From contig CP089274.1 of assembly GCA_023920165.1 (NCBI GenBank), positions 2,294,001 to 2,358,000 of the forward strand: a DNA stretch of 64,000 nt, read 5' to 3'. Positions 36,677-50,042 of this stretch are shown here, piece by piece. The translations under genes were made by a program, and so were the position numbers. This DNA comes from Curvularia clavata. Lineage: Eukaryota. The notes beneath the pieces were generated by a model. It saw only the letters and a list, made by a program, of their open reading frames with translations. It had not been told where the DNA came from and did not search any database. Within the stretch, counting starts at the first letter, position 1, and every line of letters begins with the position of its first letter.

Positions 36677-38931
36677 CTACGACTTGCCGTAAGCCTGGTC
36701 AACCTCCTTCTCATACTTCTGCAGGATACCCCTGCGGTTGAGCTTCTGCGCAGCGGTGGTGAGACCCTGGGATTTTGTTAGCAATCTTGTTTTCTGCGTT
36801 CAAAATATTTAAGTAGACTTACGTTCTGTGGTGTCCATTCCTCATCAGCCAAGACAACACCCTCAATCATCTCAAAGCTAGCGAGGCCACCCTTCTGGCC
36901 TGCTTCCTGCAGCTGCTTCAGCACAGCAGAGTTGACCTTCTTGTCGTGAACAAGCTCCTCGAGGTGTTCGCCAGTGACGCCTACTGAGGCAGCAATCTTC
37001 TTGAGCTGTGGCTCAGCCGGGACAATGATGGCGACAGGCTTCATGTGGTCTTGAGCAGCATGGACGCAAATGTTGGCGACAATGGGCGCAGACCGGTAGA
37101 CAGATTCGAGCTTCTCAAGCGCAATGTACTCTCCGGCAAGCGTCTTAACAAGGTTCTTCTTACGGTCGATGATGCGGATCTCGCCGTTGGCGTTGAACTC
37201 GCCTACGTCACCGGTCTTGAACCAGCCATCCTCAGTGAAGGCTTCCTTGGTCTCTTCGGGCATGTCCAGGTAGCCGTCCACGACACCACCGCCGCGAATC
37301 CAGATCTCACCCTGAGGAGGCTTGTTGGTGGAAAAGTAGCCAGCATCAGCGAAATCAACAAGCTTCATCTCGATGGATCCGGGCATCTCGCCCAAAGCAT
37401 TCTCATTCCATGCCAGAGGATCCATGAGCGCGCCCATGGCGCAAGTCTCAGTCAAACCATAACCGCTGATCATGGGTGTGATGGCAATGGAGATGAAGCG
37501 CTGCGTCTCCTTTGCAATGGGTCCACCACCGTTCATGCAGATTCGGAGTCGGCCACCGGTAGCCTCCTTGACCTTGTTGAAGACAATGGCATCGAGCAAG
37601 CCGCTGCCAGGAAGGCCGGAGCCCAAAAGGAAGCCCTTGGCTGCGTAGGCGCCCCAGAACATGTTGCTCTTGAGCGCACCTCCCGCCTCAACCTTGTTGA
37701 TGATGCCCTTCTTGATAGTCTCCCATACCTGCGGCACACCAACCATGACAGTGGGCTTGAGCTCACGGATATCGCCGGCGCAGTTTCGCACCGACTGATC
37801 CGAAAGTGTTCGGATGGTGCCGTAGCCCATGGTTCCTCCCCAGTAGAGAACAGCATTTTCGAACACAAACTCGAGGATATGCGCAGCGGGAAGGTAGGTG
37901 ATGAGCACATCACCGGGTCCGAGGTACTTTCCGACAATGACGTCGACACCAGCGACTGCGAAAATAGTCAGCACAGGATACATTGTGATTGCGGGTCCGA
38001 GAATACATACCAGCAGCAACCACGTTGCGGTGCTTGATCATGACACCCTTGGGAGTGCCAGTAGATCCAGAGGTGTACATGATACAGGCCAAGTCATCGG
38101 CTTTGGGCGGAACAGGCTCCACTGGGTTGTCCTCGCCCAGCTTGACCAGTTCGTCGAAGCTGATGATCTTCAAGTGGGGATGCGCTTGGGACAGGGTATC
38201 AATGTCCTTTTGCTTGGGGTCGTTCTTTGTGCAGTAGACGACTACCCTCACATCCTTGGCCTCCTTCATGGGGTTCACGAGCCTGGGCAGCAGCTCTGGG
38301 TCGGTAAACATGACCTTTGCATTGGTCTGGAGCATGGAGTGCTTGAGACCCTCCTCTCCGAGTGTGTCGTAGGCGGTGACAATGGCCATGGACTGCGAAA
38401 GCGCGCCTGGAGAGGCAATTAGTTTTGTGTTTATTTTTGCATGTGACACGCTTCCTTACCGTGAGCAGAGGCCAACCATTGCATGCTGGTGGCGGCAAAC
38501 AAGTGCAGCCTGTCGTTTTGCTCGAAGCCCAGCGACCTCAATCCCGCGCCCACTGAGAGGGCCATCTTCTCAAATTCGACAAAGCTCTTGTACTTGTACG
38601 GGCTGAGCTCAAAGTACTGCCACTTTTTGTCGACCTCCTGCTCCTTGCCGTCGACCATCTTCTTGACCTTCTTCGTCTCCTCGTGTATGTTGACGACGCG
38701 ACGCGCACCGACAGCCTTTGCGTTTCCAAACTTTGCGGCTGAATGCCGCAGAATGTCGTACAGAGTAGAGACATTCTCGTGGGGCTTCATGATAAGGCCA
38801 TCTTTGGCGGCATTGTTGCGACGCGGTATCGTCTCGCCCTCGACCTTGTCGACGTTGGGGACCTCGCATGTGTACGGTCCTTGCCTGTAAATCCTTGCCT
38901 GGGGCATGAGCTTCTTGAGATCCTGCGGCAT
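36677..38931 (-). CDS. Long-chain fatty acyl-CoA synthetase (Faa1/Faa4-like)
   Basis: [58 protein letters not shown]; introns 38459-38407, 38010-37956, 36822-36767. Confidence 0.95.
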
Positions 38932-39576
38932 CTTGGCGGCGCTGTGTTGTGAGCTGCGCAGTGCGAGGGGGAAATGGGTATCAAAATAAAGGGAGAAGGG
39001 TATCGCAGAGAGGGCTATTATAAGCAATAGCACGGGTGGGTATCGTCGCCAGCGGGAAATGGCAGGTGGCAGATGATACCGAGTTGTATTGGGAGAGGGG
39101 GTGTGTTGGGGAAAGCTTATGCAGTCGCGGTGCTCATGTCGCTAAAGCGATGTGCTGCACGGCCGAGCTTCTGGGCAATGACCTCACAGCCACTGCCAGC
39201 GCTGGGCGGCCCAGGCTGCCTGCTGCCGCCACTGGAACGAGCCGTCCTTCTCCACTCTTTTTCCCTTGCACTGACTGTAGCACAGCGCCATATCGGATCG
39301 ACAACTGCACATCCTGCATGTACATATACCTGTCTGTACACGTCCAAACTCCAGCAACATCGTGGCCGCCGCCTGTCTCCCCGGCTCCAGGCTGCTCTTC
39401 TCAACAAAGGCCCGGCGCTGACCTCTATCCACGGGGAGCCGAAGCTGTGCCGCTGGCCAAGGGCGTAGACGATCCGTCCAAGACGCGTAGCCTCCTTTCG
39501 CATCACTTGTGCATTGTCTCCGAAGCATAACTCAGCCAGAACCTTGTAGCAGCCGCCTCGAAACAAGGCCGCCACA

Positions 39577-40932
39577 ATGTCCGCCATGATGCATCTGACC
39601 GCCGCACTGGGGTCAGATCCCATCATAGACCCTGAAGAAGGTGTGTAACAAGTAATATCAGACACTGTCCGCCGAATCAAACCCTCATGTTGTTCCTCGG
39701 CTCGACGTATTGCTCACCTACTTGCGATTCGCTGCTCCGCCCAGCCACGTACAAGTTGGCAAAACAGTGGCAAGGCGACATCATCGACTCACCTGCTGGA
39801 CCATGCTCATCAAATCATGCAGAGGCCTTTGTTGTCTTCTCGCAAGATATCCCTTCTCAGTCGCTCGGCTTCTTCGACTCCAAGGCCGCCACCCTGGAAT
39901 TCAACGTGGCGGGCCACGACCTGGTCATTCATCATTCCAAGGGTCTTCTGACCTCCGACCGAAAAGCAGGGACAACGGGCGCAGGTATGTCTAAGCTGCC
40001 GTGACCATTTCCTGAGTCGTGCTTTTCCCCAGACTTTCCGCGCACAGCTCGCCTTGGCTTTCCTTGGGAGCTACCTCTCCACAGTCACTTGTCATGTCCA
40101 CACTTGACTGTCACCATGCAGGAATTTGTTGTTCCTGCTGTTTACCTTAGGCTATGCCCCAAAAAGCTAGGCAAATATTTGTCATTGCGCTTTTGTGAAG
40201 ATATTAGCTGCTGCCTACAGCTCCAAAGTCACGCACCTTGATACCACAAATAGCCACCTGCATCAACGACTAACACTCGTTCTCACAGCAATCTGGAAAG
40301 TCACCCCCCTCTTCGCCAATTGGATTTCCTCTCCTACCAATTTTCTTATCACCAGTTCCCTACTACGTCCTGATTCTACTGTCCTCGAGCTCGGTGCTGG
40401 CGTCTCTGGTATTGTCGCGCTATCACTTGGTCCAAGAGTCGGCCGGTACATAGCCACGGACCAAGCATACGTATTGAAACTTCTACGCCAGAACATTGCT
40501 GAGAATCTGGGTACCGTCTTTTCGCAACCGCGCAAAGGAAAGAACAGTAAAGGAGGTAGTAAAGGAGGTGGAAATGCCGACAATGCAATGAGCGTAGAGG
40601 ATCGCATCACCACCATGGAGTTGGACTGGGAGACTGATTCAGTTTCGCATCTTCCCCCTGTCGATCTTATTGTGTCTTGCGATTGCGTCTACAACGAAGC
40701 CCTCATCGAGCCATTGAATTCTACCTGCGCAGCTATATGCAGATTACGAGAAGATGAAAAGAAGCCTACGCTGTGCTTGATAGCACAGCAACTGCGCAGT
40801 CCAGACGTGTTTGAGACATGGCTCAAGAGCTTTCACGACAAATTTTGGGTATGGCAGGTTCCTGACCGCATGTTAGGTGAGGGACTACGGGAGGGAAGCG
40901 GATTTGTCGTGTATATGGGGGTCGTGAGATGA
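39577..40932 (+). CDS. Lysine methyltransferase, Methyltransf_16 family (Rkm5-like)
   Basis: Exons 39577-39640, 39823-39984, 40289-40932; DPEE|EAF, GTTGA|AIW, VLELGAGVSG, ATDQ, ELDWE, CDCVYNE, QQLRSPDVF. Confidence 0.82.
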
Positions 40933-42154
40933 GCAGGGGTGTACGTAGAGGACGAGCTACCCTGTGGCAAATATCAGATATCAGAGCAGACCTTGGCAGC
41001 CGATGTGCAGCGATATGCTTCCAGGTCGAGGCTGAGGGCGGCCCTGGTCAAACAAGAGACAGTGCAATACATATGGGTATAGTGAAAAGGGGGATTCACA
41101 ACCCAACCCGGTGAGGTCAAAGCATTGCATAAAAAGGGCACCTGGGAGATAAAGCCGTAAAGCGCTGGAGCCTTTGGTGATGGTTTCGGTTATGGTACAA
41201 GGGTGCCGATAACCGGCCTTGAACGATACGATCACCAACTCAGTGCACTTCGCCAGTTTCCGGTCCCGGCGCAGAATTCCACTGGGTCGGTACACGGCGA
41301 AACACACTCGCACCTGAAAAACACCCACTCGGTATCATATGCAAGATTCAGCAGCCTCTGTGTTCGACCGTGTGGGATGAGATGCCCCAATTGCCGGCAA
41401 TACGTGCATAGCTCGTATGCCCTCTATCGTCGGAGTGGACCGCCCCGCCTAGTTAGCTACACCCCAACCCCTCCGCAAAGGTGCTTCAACCAATCACCAC
41501 CTCCCTGGCTATCAGTACAGGCGATCGTCTTAGCACATTACGCGGGTATCGGCCCCCTGTTTGTCGCTGCGAACTGTCGCACACGCCTGCGCGAGACTGT
41601 ATTTGCCGTGGAAAAATAGCTATACGTATTCCCGGCGGTCGGCCATCTCCAATCTCCAGCCCCAGTGGGCCAGTCTGGCCAAGCGAAATGGTGTATCACG
41701 TATCGTGTTGTGGTTTTTTTTCGTGGCGTGCAAGAGAGATAGGAATGCATACGGCGACTCCACATGTTGTATATAGAGTAAAAGGACGGATTCGTTTCGT
41801 TCATTTGACCCAAGGCAGCCAGACCAACAGCTCGACTTGGTTGTTTCCGTACTTCAAGGGAGACTCTTCTCTTCTTTGGTTTCGCCCCATCCCCACGTCA
41901 CTTTTTTGCTTCCCCGCAATCTACGCGCGCCATTGTTCAGAGACTAGAGCGATTTTAACTTCCAAAGCGGGATTCATATGCCTACGCATCCTCAACATTG
42001 ACTTGCAGACTTTGATCAAATTCTTTGTTAGGAGTTTGCATACTAGGACACAAGTCGTAGCAAAGGATTGGCTTTGGTAATCTGAAAGGAGCTCGTTTTG
42101 AGCAGCATTATCGACCATACGCGATCTTTTGTCCACTTTTGAAAAGAGAAGACG

Positions 42155-44010
42155 ATGGCAGATATGATTGGACCCGACCACACACCACGGCGCAGCTGGA
42201 AGGATAAGGCACGGCGGCTTAGGAAAGCCTTCACGACCAAGTAAATTCTGCCTTTCTTTTACTCGTTTATTCAGACCTCTCTCAAGTGGTAAATGTCACG
42301 GTCTAACAGTGTCTTTGCAGAGAGGGTCTTATCGGCACCTACGACTATGCCTTTCTGTTCCGACCCAATCTCCCTTTTATGAGGCGAGAACGCCGAGCAG
42401 CACCATTTTTCGGCCTCAATGACCGCGTTCCCGTTCTCCTGGCTCTCCTTCTTGGATTTCAACACTCCCTAGCCATGCTGGCAGGTGTCATCACGCCCCC
42501 GATTATTCTGTCCAACGCTGCCAACCTGAGTGGCGACCAGCAGCGGTATCTGGTATCTACATCGCTTATCATCTGTGGTATCCTGTCGTCTGTGCAAATC
42601 ACGCGCTTCCATATCTGGAGGACGCCATACTACATTGGTACGGGCTTGATCTCTGTGGTTGGAACTTCTTTCGCTACGATTCCCGTAGCGACGGGCGCGC
42701 TGAGCCAAATGTATGCTACGGGCTACTGTCCCACTGCTGCTGACGGCACCAAGCTACCTTGTCCTAACGGATACGGAGCTATCCTGGGTACATGTGCATT
42801 GTGCGCCTTGCTTGAAATCGGCATGTCGTTTACCAGTCCACGCATCCTCAAGAAGGTGTTTCCCCCGCTGGTCACTGGACCTACTGTTCTCCTCATTGGA
42901 GTCAAGCTCGTCACTACTGGATTCCAGAACTGGGCCGGAGGCTCTGGCGACTGTAAATCGCGCCCTGAAAGTGGTCTCTTTCAGCTGTGTCCTAACATCA
43001 ACGCACCACATGCACTTCCCTGGGGCAGCGCTGAGTTCATTGGCCTCGGCTTCAGCGTCTTCATCACGATTATCATCTGCGAGCGTTTCGGGGCCCCGAT
43101 TATGAAGTCTACTGCCGTTGTTATTGGACTCCTTGTAGGGTGCATAATTGCGGGCGCTACAGGCTACTTTGACAGGTCTTCGATCGACTCTGCGCCCGTG
43201 GTCTCTTTTATCTGGGTAGAGACGTTCAAACTCACCGTGTACCCACCGATTATCCTGCCACTATTGGCCGTCTACATGGTGTGCGCCATGGAAGCTATTG
43301 GCGACATTACAGCCACATGCGACGTATCCCGTGTTGAAGTCGACGGCCCGCTCTTCGATTCGCGCATTCAAGGCGGCGTGCTTGCCGACGGCATCGCTGG
43401 CATGATTGCAGCTCTCTGCACAATCACGCCCATGTCTACGTTTGCTCAAAACTGCGGCGTGGTAGCCCTAACACGGTGCGCCAACCGCAAAGCGGGCTAT
43501 GCCTGCTGCTTCTGGCTCATCATCATGGGCATCTTTGCCAAGTTTGCAGCGGCCCTGGTCGCGATCCCGTCGGCTGTGCTGGGCGGCATGACGACCTTCC
43601 TGTTCAGCGCTGTGACCGTGTCGGGCATCCGCATCATCAGCACCATGCCCTTCACGCGACGAAATCGCTTCATCCTTACCGCGGGCTTCACCCTCGGCTT
43701 CGGCGCGACAATGGTGCCCACTTGGTTTTCGTACGTGTTTACCTATTCGGGCCCGAACACGGCGCTGCGCGGCTTTTACAATGCCATTGAGCTGGTGCTT
43801 GAGACGGGCTTTGCGGTTGTAGCACTCGTGACGGTTGTGCTGAACTTGGTGCTGCCGGAGGAGATTGAGGATGAAGAGACACCCGAGCTTGTAGCGGATG
43901 AGATGGATAAGGCGCAGGAGGAGGAGAAGTGGGATCAGGGGCGCAAGGGGGCTGCGGGAGATGTCGAGGGCAGGGCGAGCTCAGATATTGTGGCTAGTAA
44001 GGCCGCATGA
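42155..44010 (+). CDS. Uric acid-xanthine permease (NAT/NCS2 family, UapA/UapC-like)
   Basis: Intron 42241-42320; GDYDYAFLF, GFQHSLAML, NAT signature FAQNCGVVALTRCANR, many TM helices. Confidence 0.93.
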
Positions 44011-45876
44011 GGGTGTTGTGTGATGGCCTAAAGACGATATTTGTTTTTTTCATACCCAAGTTGTTTACTTTTTGGAAAAGAGCACACAAAAGGAATAAGT
44101 ACTGTATCAAAATGTGGGAGCTTCTTCAGTTCGGATCGCGGGAATTTCCTAGGTATCTTCGTTGCTTGTTTTTTTTCTTCTTTCTTCTGATGGTGGGGTT
44201 ACTGGATACCCCTCCAGCTCAACGTATGTAGTATGTGAGGTGTAACATGCAGAGTATCACCACTAGTCGTCCGTGCCCTCTGCACTTTTCAGTCTACTAC
44301 AAGCGCCTGGATACTACACCTACTATCTACGCCACACACTCCGATCGCGATGCATGGAGCGTGCGCACGCAAGAACGATTGGGTGGAGACACGCTCTACT
44401 TTCCCGCAGCTGACCCGTTGACAGCAATATATTCTGTAGACGTATTCTCAAGTTTCGGGTGTAAGTGTAATTTTCAGCCCTACCCGGAATAATGGCCGAG
44501 AGCAGGGGGGCTCGTGGCATGAGCATGAGACGACAACACGTCAACGTTCCCCTGCTTCAACTAATTATTTGAGTGCAAGAGAAAGATTGGGAGCCGAGGG
44601 ATAACGGAATCAGTCTGATTGGGCAGGTGGCTGGGTGTTGGGAGGGTGAGACAACGGCCATGTGTGCAGAGTGTGTGAGTGGTAGTGGTGGAGTTGGGAT
44701 GGGCCAGGGCGCGCCAGTTCCCGATTCAGCAGAGCTTGCGAGCATAATAGAGGTTCGACAGGCCAGCGCACCCAACCGAGGATTTTTCTACTAGAAACTG
44801 CTGGTCGGCTCTCTCTCAAAGAGTCATGCCTAAGCTCGGGACCCGCTGTATTTTGCTGCGAAGCCGAGCGACGGGGTTTGGGCCATTTTTTGTTCGCCAC
44901 ACTATCCGCGAGCAGCAACTATACTCGCACCCAGTATGTCGAGTCCAAGCCAATTCCCAACTGTTATCCAGCGTGCAATACATGCGGCTGCGAGTGGCTG
45001 CGGCCTACGTAAGAGTGCAGACGGAAGGCGGCGGCGCGGAGGGATGTGCGATATCAACAAAACGTTGAGGCGGGACGCGTCGTAGTGGTGAGTGCGAACC
45101 AGAGCAGCTTGAGCCAAGTAAGCGGGGAGATGGAGAAGCAAGAGGACGGCTAGTGGACTAGCGAAGACGGCCATTTTTGAGTGGCATCACCACGGCGTGA
45201 GCTTCTATGCCCAGTGAGGCAATGTCGCGGTATCAGACCGCTCTTTGGGGGGGTGTTGGGCTGGACGGGCTGCTTTCTTCTTCCTCTTGTCTTTTGTGTG
45301 TCTTCCTGTTCGCCACCCTCCTCTGCTGTCGCCCTGCTGGTCCCGGCGGCGCCAGAATCTGGGGAAAAGGCGGCGATAATATTCACGGCATCTGCATCAG
45401 GTTGCACGTCCGTCCGCCCGCACCGCCACCCAGGCCGTTCTCGATGCCGAGATCAGCGCGAGGCCTGGGCGGAGTCCCGAAATTTTCTCGCCCTGAGACC
45501 CTGCCGCCACTTTGCGCTAAGCCGCTTGGGGCAAAAGTTACGTTACGTGGAGGACATGCAGGTCTCAGGCTTTCGCTTGCAGAGTGTTGGGATGGAATCG
45601 ACAAAACTGCCCGCCGCCTTATATTAATTGTCGCCCGCCCGCCACTCTGCTCCCCTCCTCCTCCATCCCATCCTTTGCTGCCCATCCCTCTACTCCTTCT
45701 ACCTCGTCGTTGATTCGACCGCAGGTGAAGCCCACCGTCGTTGCCGGAGCATCGCTGCTTATCCCCGGAGGCCCGACCGGTGCTCAATCTTTCTTGAAAG
45801 AGCCGCCAGTCTTCTCCCTCCACTCGTCTTTCGCTTTCCCTACACACCTACTCCCTCCTCTTCCTCACCATCCGCA

Positions 45877-47373
45877 ATGCCTTCCCACCAGCCCACCGCT
45901 GGCATGATGGCCGTCGACCCCGACTATGTCAAGCAGCCGTCTTCAATGGCGAGCACCTCGGAACCCAACCGCAATCCCAAGTACGACCCCAAGAAGCCAC
46001 ACATCACCGACATGCCCATCACAAAGGCAAACTGGTACAAGCACGTCAACTGGCTCAACGTAAGTTTACAGCCATTAACTGGCAAGCGCACTCTTTGCTA
46101 ACACAGCATCCAGGTCACCTTCATCATCGGAATTCCTCTCGCCGGCTGCATCGCTGCCTTCTGGACACCGCTCAAGTGGCAGACCGCTGTCTGGGCCGTC
46201 ATCTACTACTTCTGGACCGGTCTCGGTATCACGGCTGGCTACCACCGTCTCTGGGCACACAAGTCATACAATGCCAGTCTTCCCCTGAGCATCTTCCTCG
46301 CCCTGGTCGGCGGTGGTGCCGTCGAGGGCTCCATCCGCTGGTGGAGCCGTGACCACCGCGCCCACCACCGTTACACCGACACCAACAAGGACCCCTACAG
46401 CGTCCGCAAGGGACTTCTCTACAGTCATCTTGGCTGGATGGTCATGAAGCAGAACCCCAAGCGCATCGGCCGCACCGACATCACCGACCTGAACGAGGAC
46501 CCCGTCGTTGTCTGGCAGCACAAGCACTATATCAAGGTCGTCATCTTCATGGGCCTCATCTTCCCCTCTGCTGTCGCTGGTCTTCTCTGGGACGACTGGA
46601 AGGGTGGCTTCATCTACGCTGGTATCCTCCGCATCTTCTTCGTCCAGCAGGCCACCTTCTGTGTCAACTCGCTTGCCCACTGGCTCGGTGAACAGCCCTT
46701 CGACGACCGCAACAGCCCTAGGGACCACGTCATCACTGCCCTTGTCACTCTCGGTGAGGGCTACCACAACTTCCACCACGAGTTCCCCTCCGACTACCGC
46801 AACGCTATCGAGTGGCACCAGTACGATCCCACCAAGTGGTCCATCTGGCTGTGGAGCAAGCTCGGCCTCGCCTCCAACCTCAAGCAATTCCGTGCCAACG
46901 AAATTGAGAAGGGCCGTGTCCAGCAGCTCCAGAAGAAGATTGATCAGAAGCGCGCCAAGCTCGACTGGGGTATTCCTCTTGAGCAGCTGCCCGTTATTGA
47001 GTGGGATGACTATGTTGAGCAAGCTAAGAACGGCCGTGGTCTGATCGCTGTCGCTGGTGTTGTCCACGATGTTACCGACTTCATCAACGAGCACCCCGGC
47101 GGCAAGACCCTCATCAAGAGCGGCATCGGCAAGGACGCTACTGCCATGTTCAACGGTGGTGTCTACTTCCATTCCAACGCCGCTCACAACCTGCTCTCCA
47201 CCATGAGGGTTGGTGTCATCCGTGGTGGCTGCGAGGTCGAGATCTGGAAGCGTGCCCAGAAGGAGAACAAGGAAGTCAACATCATGAAGGATGAACAAGG
47301 CAACCCAATCATCCGCGCTGGCAACCAGGTCACAAAGGTTGCTCAGCCCATGCTCAGCGCTAGCGCAGCATAG
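45877..47373 (+). CDS. OLE1: Acyl-CoA delta-9 desaturase with C-terminal cytochrome b5
   Basis: His boxes HRLWAH, HRAHH, HNFHH; b5 HPGG; intron 46060-46113. Confidence 0.97.
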
Positions 47374-47800
47374 ATTGTTTTCTTCCTTCAATTTTAGCGA
47401 TATTCGGCGTTTGGGGTATGCCTTTTCACCTTGGGAGGCGGGGCATAATAGTTTCTTTTTATATTTCAAACCTCTCGCTAGCGAGTATCAAGGTTCGATG
47501 CTCGAGTACCATTAGACAGCGTATGTTTATAGCCTTTGATGAGCGACCCGCTTAGAAAAGTGAGCTTTACCTTCTAGATTGAGAATGATATCATCATTTC
47601 TTCAACTTTAATTTTTGTGTTGTTGATTGACCTGCGATGATTGTGAATGTTGCTAGTCTACTTTGCTCCTGCTTGTTAGGTATACTACTAGATCAGCAAA
47701 GAGTGACTGCCTAAAGGTCCGTGCCAAGCCCTTTTACCACCTCAGCTCCGCCAAAGCTGAGATTCTTCTTTTGCTTGCTGTCGTTTGATACAGACCTATC

Positions 47801-49826
47801 ATGATGCAGCAAGAACCGCAAGACGATCCACCGACAAAGCGTCGCAAGCTCGGTACTGCTGCACCCAAAGAGGCGGTGTCTGGGACGCAGCCGCAGACGA
47901 GCTCACACAAAGGACTTGATAGACCGATTAGCCCGCCACTGTCGAAGCGCAGAAGCCCTGAACTGACTGCTTCACCCACACCAACTTGGAACTTCGACAA
48001 TGTGCAGAAAGAGATGTCTGCATCGCAATCAACCGAGACGACTGAAGATGAAGAGGAATTAGTGAAAGAGCAGGACCACACTGCAGAGTCACGAGTAATT
48101 CCGTCACCGGTGCAGCTGACACGCATTGAGAAGCTGTCCAAGCAGCAGAATATCCATGCTGTTGGCTTGTCGGATTTGCTGGGAGATCCCTTGATCAAGG
48201 AGTGCTGGAACTTCAACTACCTATTCGACCTCAACTTTGTCATGTAGGCACTCCTCAGCTCTGGGTTTTCAACTCAGACATGCGGATAGCATGACAGTGC
48301 TAATTTGAATAAAGGCGGCACTTCGACAGTGATGTGAGGGACATGGTCGAAGTTAAGATTGTTCATGGCTTCTGGAGGAAGGATGATGGACATAGGATTG
48401 AGTTGCTGGTAAGTCAGTATTCGTATGCCTCTACCGCTTAGACTCGCTGGCTTATTTGAATGCTGACGTATTGGTACTGATGCGCCGGTAGGAAGCAGCA
48501 GAGCGGTACCCCAACATTCAACTCCTCAGTGCATACATCCCAGATCCATTCGGTACCCACCATTCCAAGATGCTCGTCCTCTTTCGACACGACGACACTG
48601 CTCAGGTCATCATCCACACAGCCAACATGATCAATCGTGACTGGGCAAACATGACACAAGCAGTCTGGATGTCACCGCCGCTTCCACTCTTGGCCAAAAA
48701 ATCGTCAGACCAGCCGAGCACACCCACTGTTCATCCGATCGGAAGTGGTGAGCGATTCAAGGTTGATCTTCTCCGCTATTTGGGAGCATACGAGAAGCGG
48801 CTGGAGCCTTTGACAAAGCAACTCAGGGACTACGACTTTTCGAGTATCCGGGCGGCGTTTCTCGGAAGTGCGCCATCAAGACAGAAACCTGCGACAGCTA
48901 GCTCAGAGTTCACTGGGTTTGGTTGGCTAGGATTGAGTCAGATACTTGCTAGTATCCCGATCAGCACATCAGAAGAGGGCCCCCGTCCTCATATTGTCTC
49001 TCAAGTTTCGTCAGTAGCGACTCTGGGTGCGACCCCAACATGGCTTTCTCACTTCCAGTCCATTCTCTCCCACTACTCAAAGGCCGAAGGGGCTGGCGCA
49101 GGAGCATTACCATCATCATACACAAAAGCCCCTGCATTCTTTACAGGGCCTGAGATTGAGCCAGCAAAAGCACCAGCACCCAAATTCAGCGTCGTATTCC
49201 CAACTCCCAAGGAAATCCGCATGTCTCTCGACGGCTACTTCGCCGGCGGCTCCATCCACTGGAAGATCCAATCTACTCAGCAGCAAAAACAGCTCGAGTA
49301 CATGCGCCCAATGCTCTGTCACTGGGGACCATCACCCAAGTCTTTCTTCACGCCGCCATCCTCCAAAGACTCATCTCAGCGAGAAGCACACCGGGGCACA
49401 GCAGCACCACACATCAAGACGTACATACGGTTCAGCAACGAAGACCACAAAACAATCGACTGGGCCATGGTCACGAGCGCGAATCTCAGCAAGCAAGCAT
49501 GGGGCGACGTGGTTAACAAAAAGGACGAAATCTGGATCCAGTCTTGGGAAACCGGTGTCGTGGTTTGGCCGGCTTTGTATGTGGAGTCATCGTCAACAGT
49601 AAAAGAGCGCGCTGTCATGGTCCCTGTTTTCGGGTCGGATACTCCAGCAACCCATGGAGAACAGCAGGATATAGTCGGAAAAGAAAAGACTGTTATCGTG
49701 GGCTTCCGCATGCCGTACGATGTACCTCTTGTACCTTACACGGCTAACGAGAAGCCGTGGTGTGCGACGCTAGCATATCAGGAGCCAGACCGGTACGGAC
49801 GTACCTGGCGTGGTTACGGGAAGTGA
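47801..49826 (+). CDS. TDP1: Tyrosyl-DNA phosphodiesterase 1
   Basis: FNYLFDL, FGTHHSKM and PHIKTY HKN motifs, SANLSKQAWG, SWETGV; introns 48244-48314, 48409-48491. Confidence 0.93.
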
Positions 49827-50042
49827 GGAGTGTTGAAGGATGTATGGGGGGTAAGATGATACTGTTACATCACATCACGTCCATGTTGTATGAACTAGCG
49901 CTCTCGAACCACTACATGTATGCAGTGTCAGCGTAGACATAACACGAGAAATAGCACTGAGAAAAATCAAAAAAGCAATGCATCTTTGTTCAAATGTCTA
50001 TATTTCCTTTCTTCTTTCTCTCACATAAAGATGTGCAGAGAT

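Noticed and set aside
46264..47469. 401-aa antisense ORF over OLE1 (similar ones over FAA 37045-38037 and KAR 35441-36043)
   Set aside because: Same codon-bias shadow in highly expressed genes; no independent motifs.
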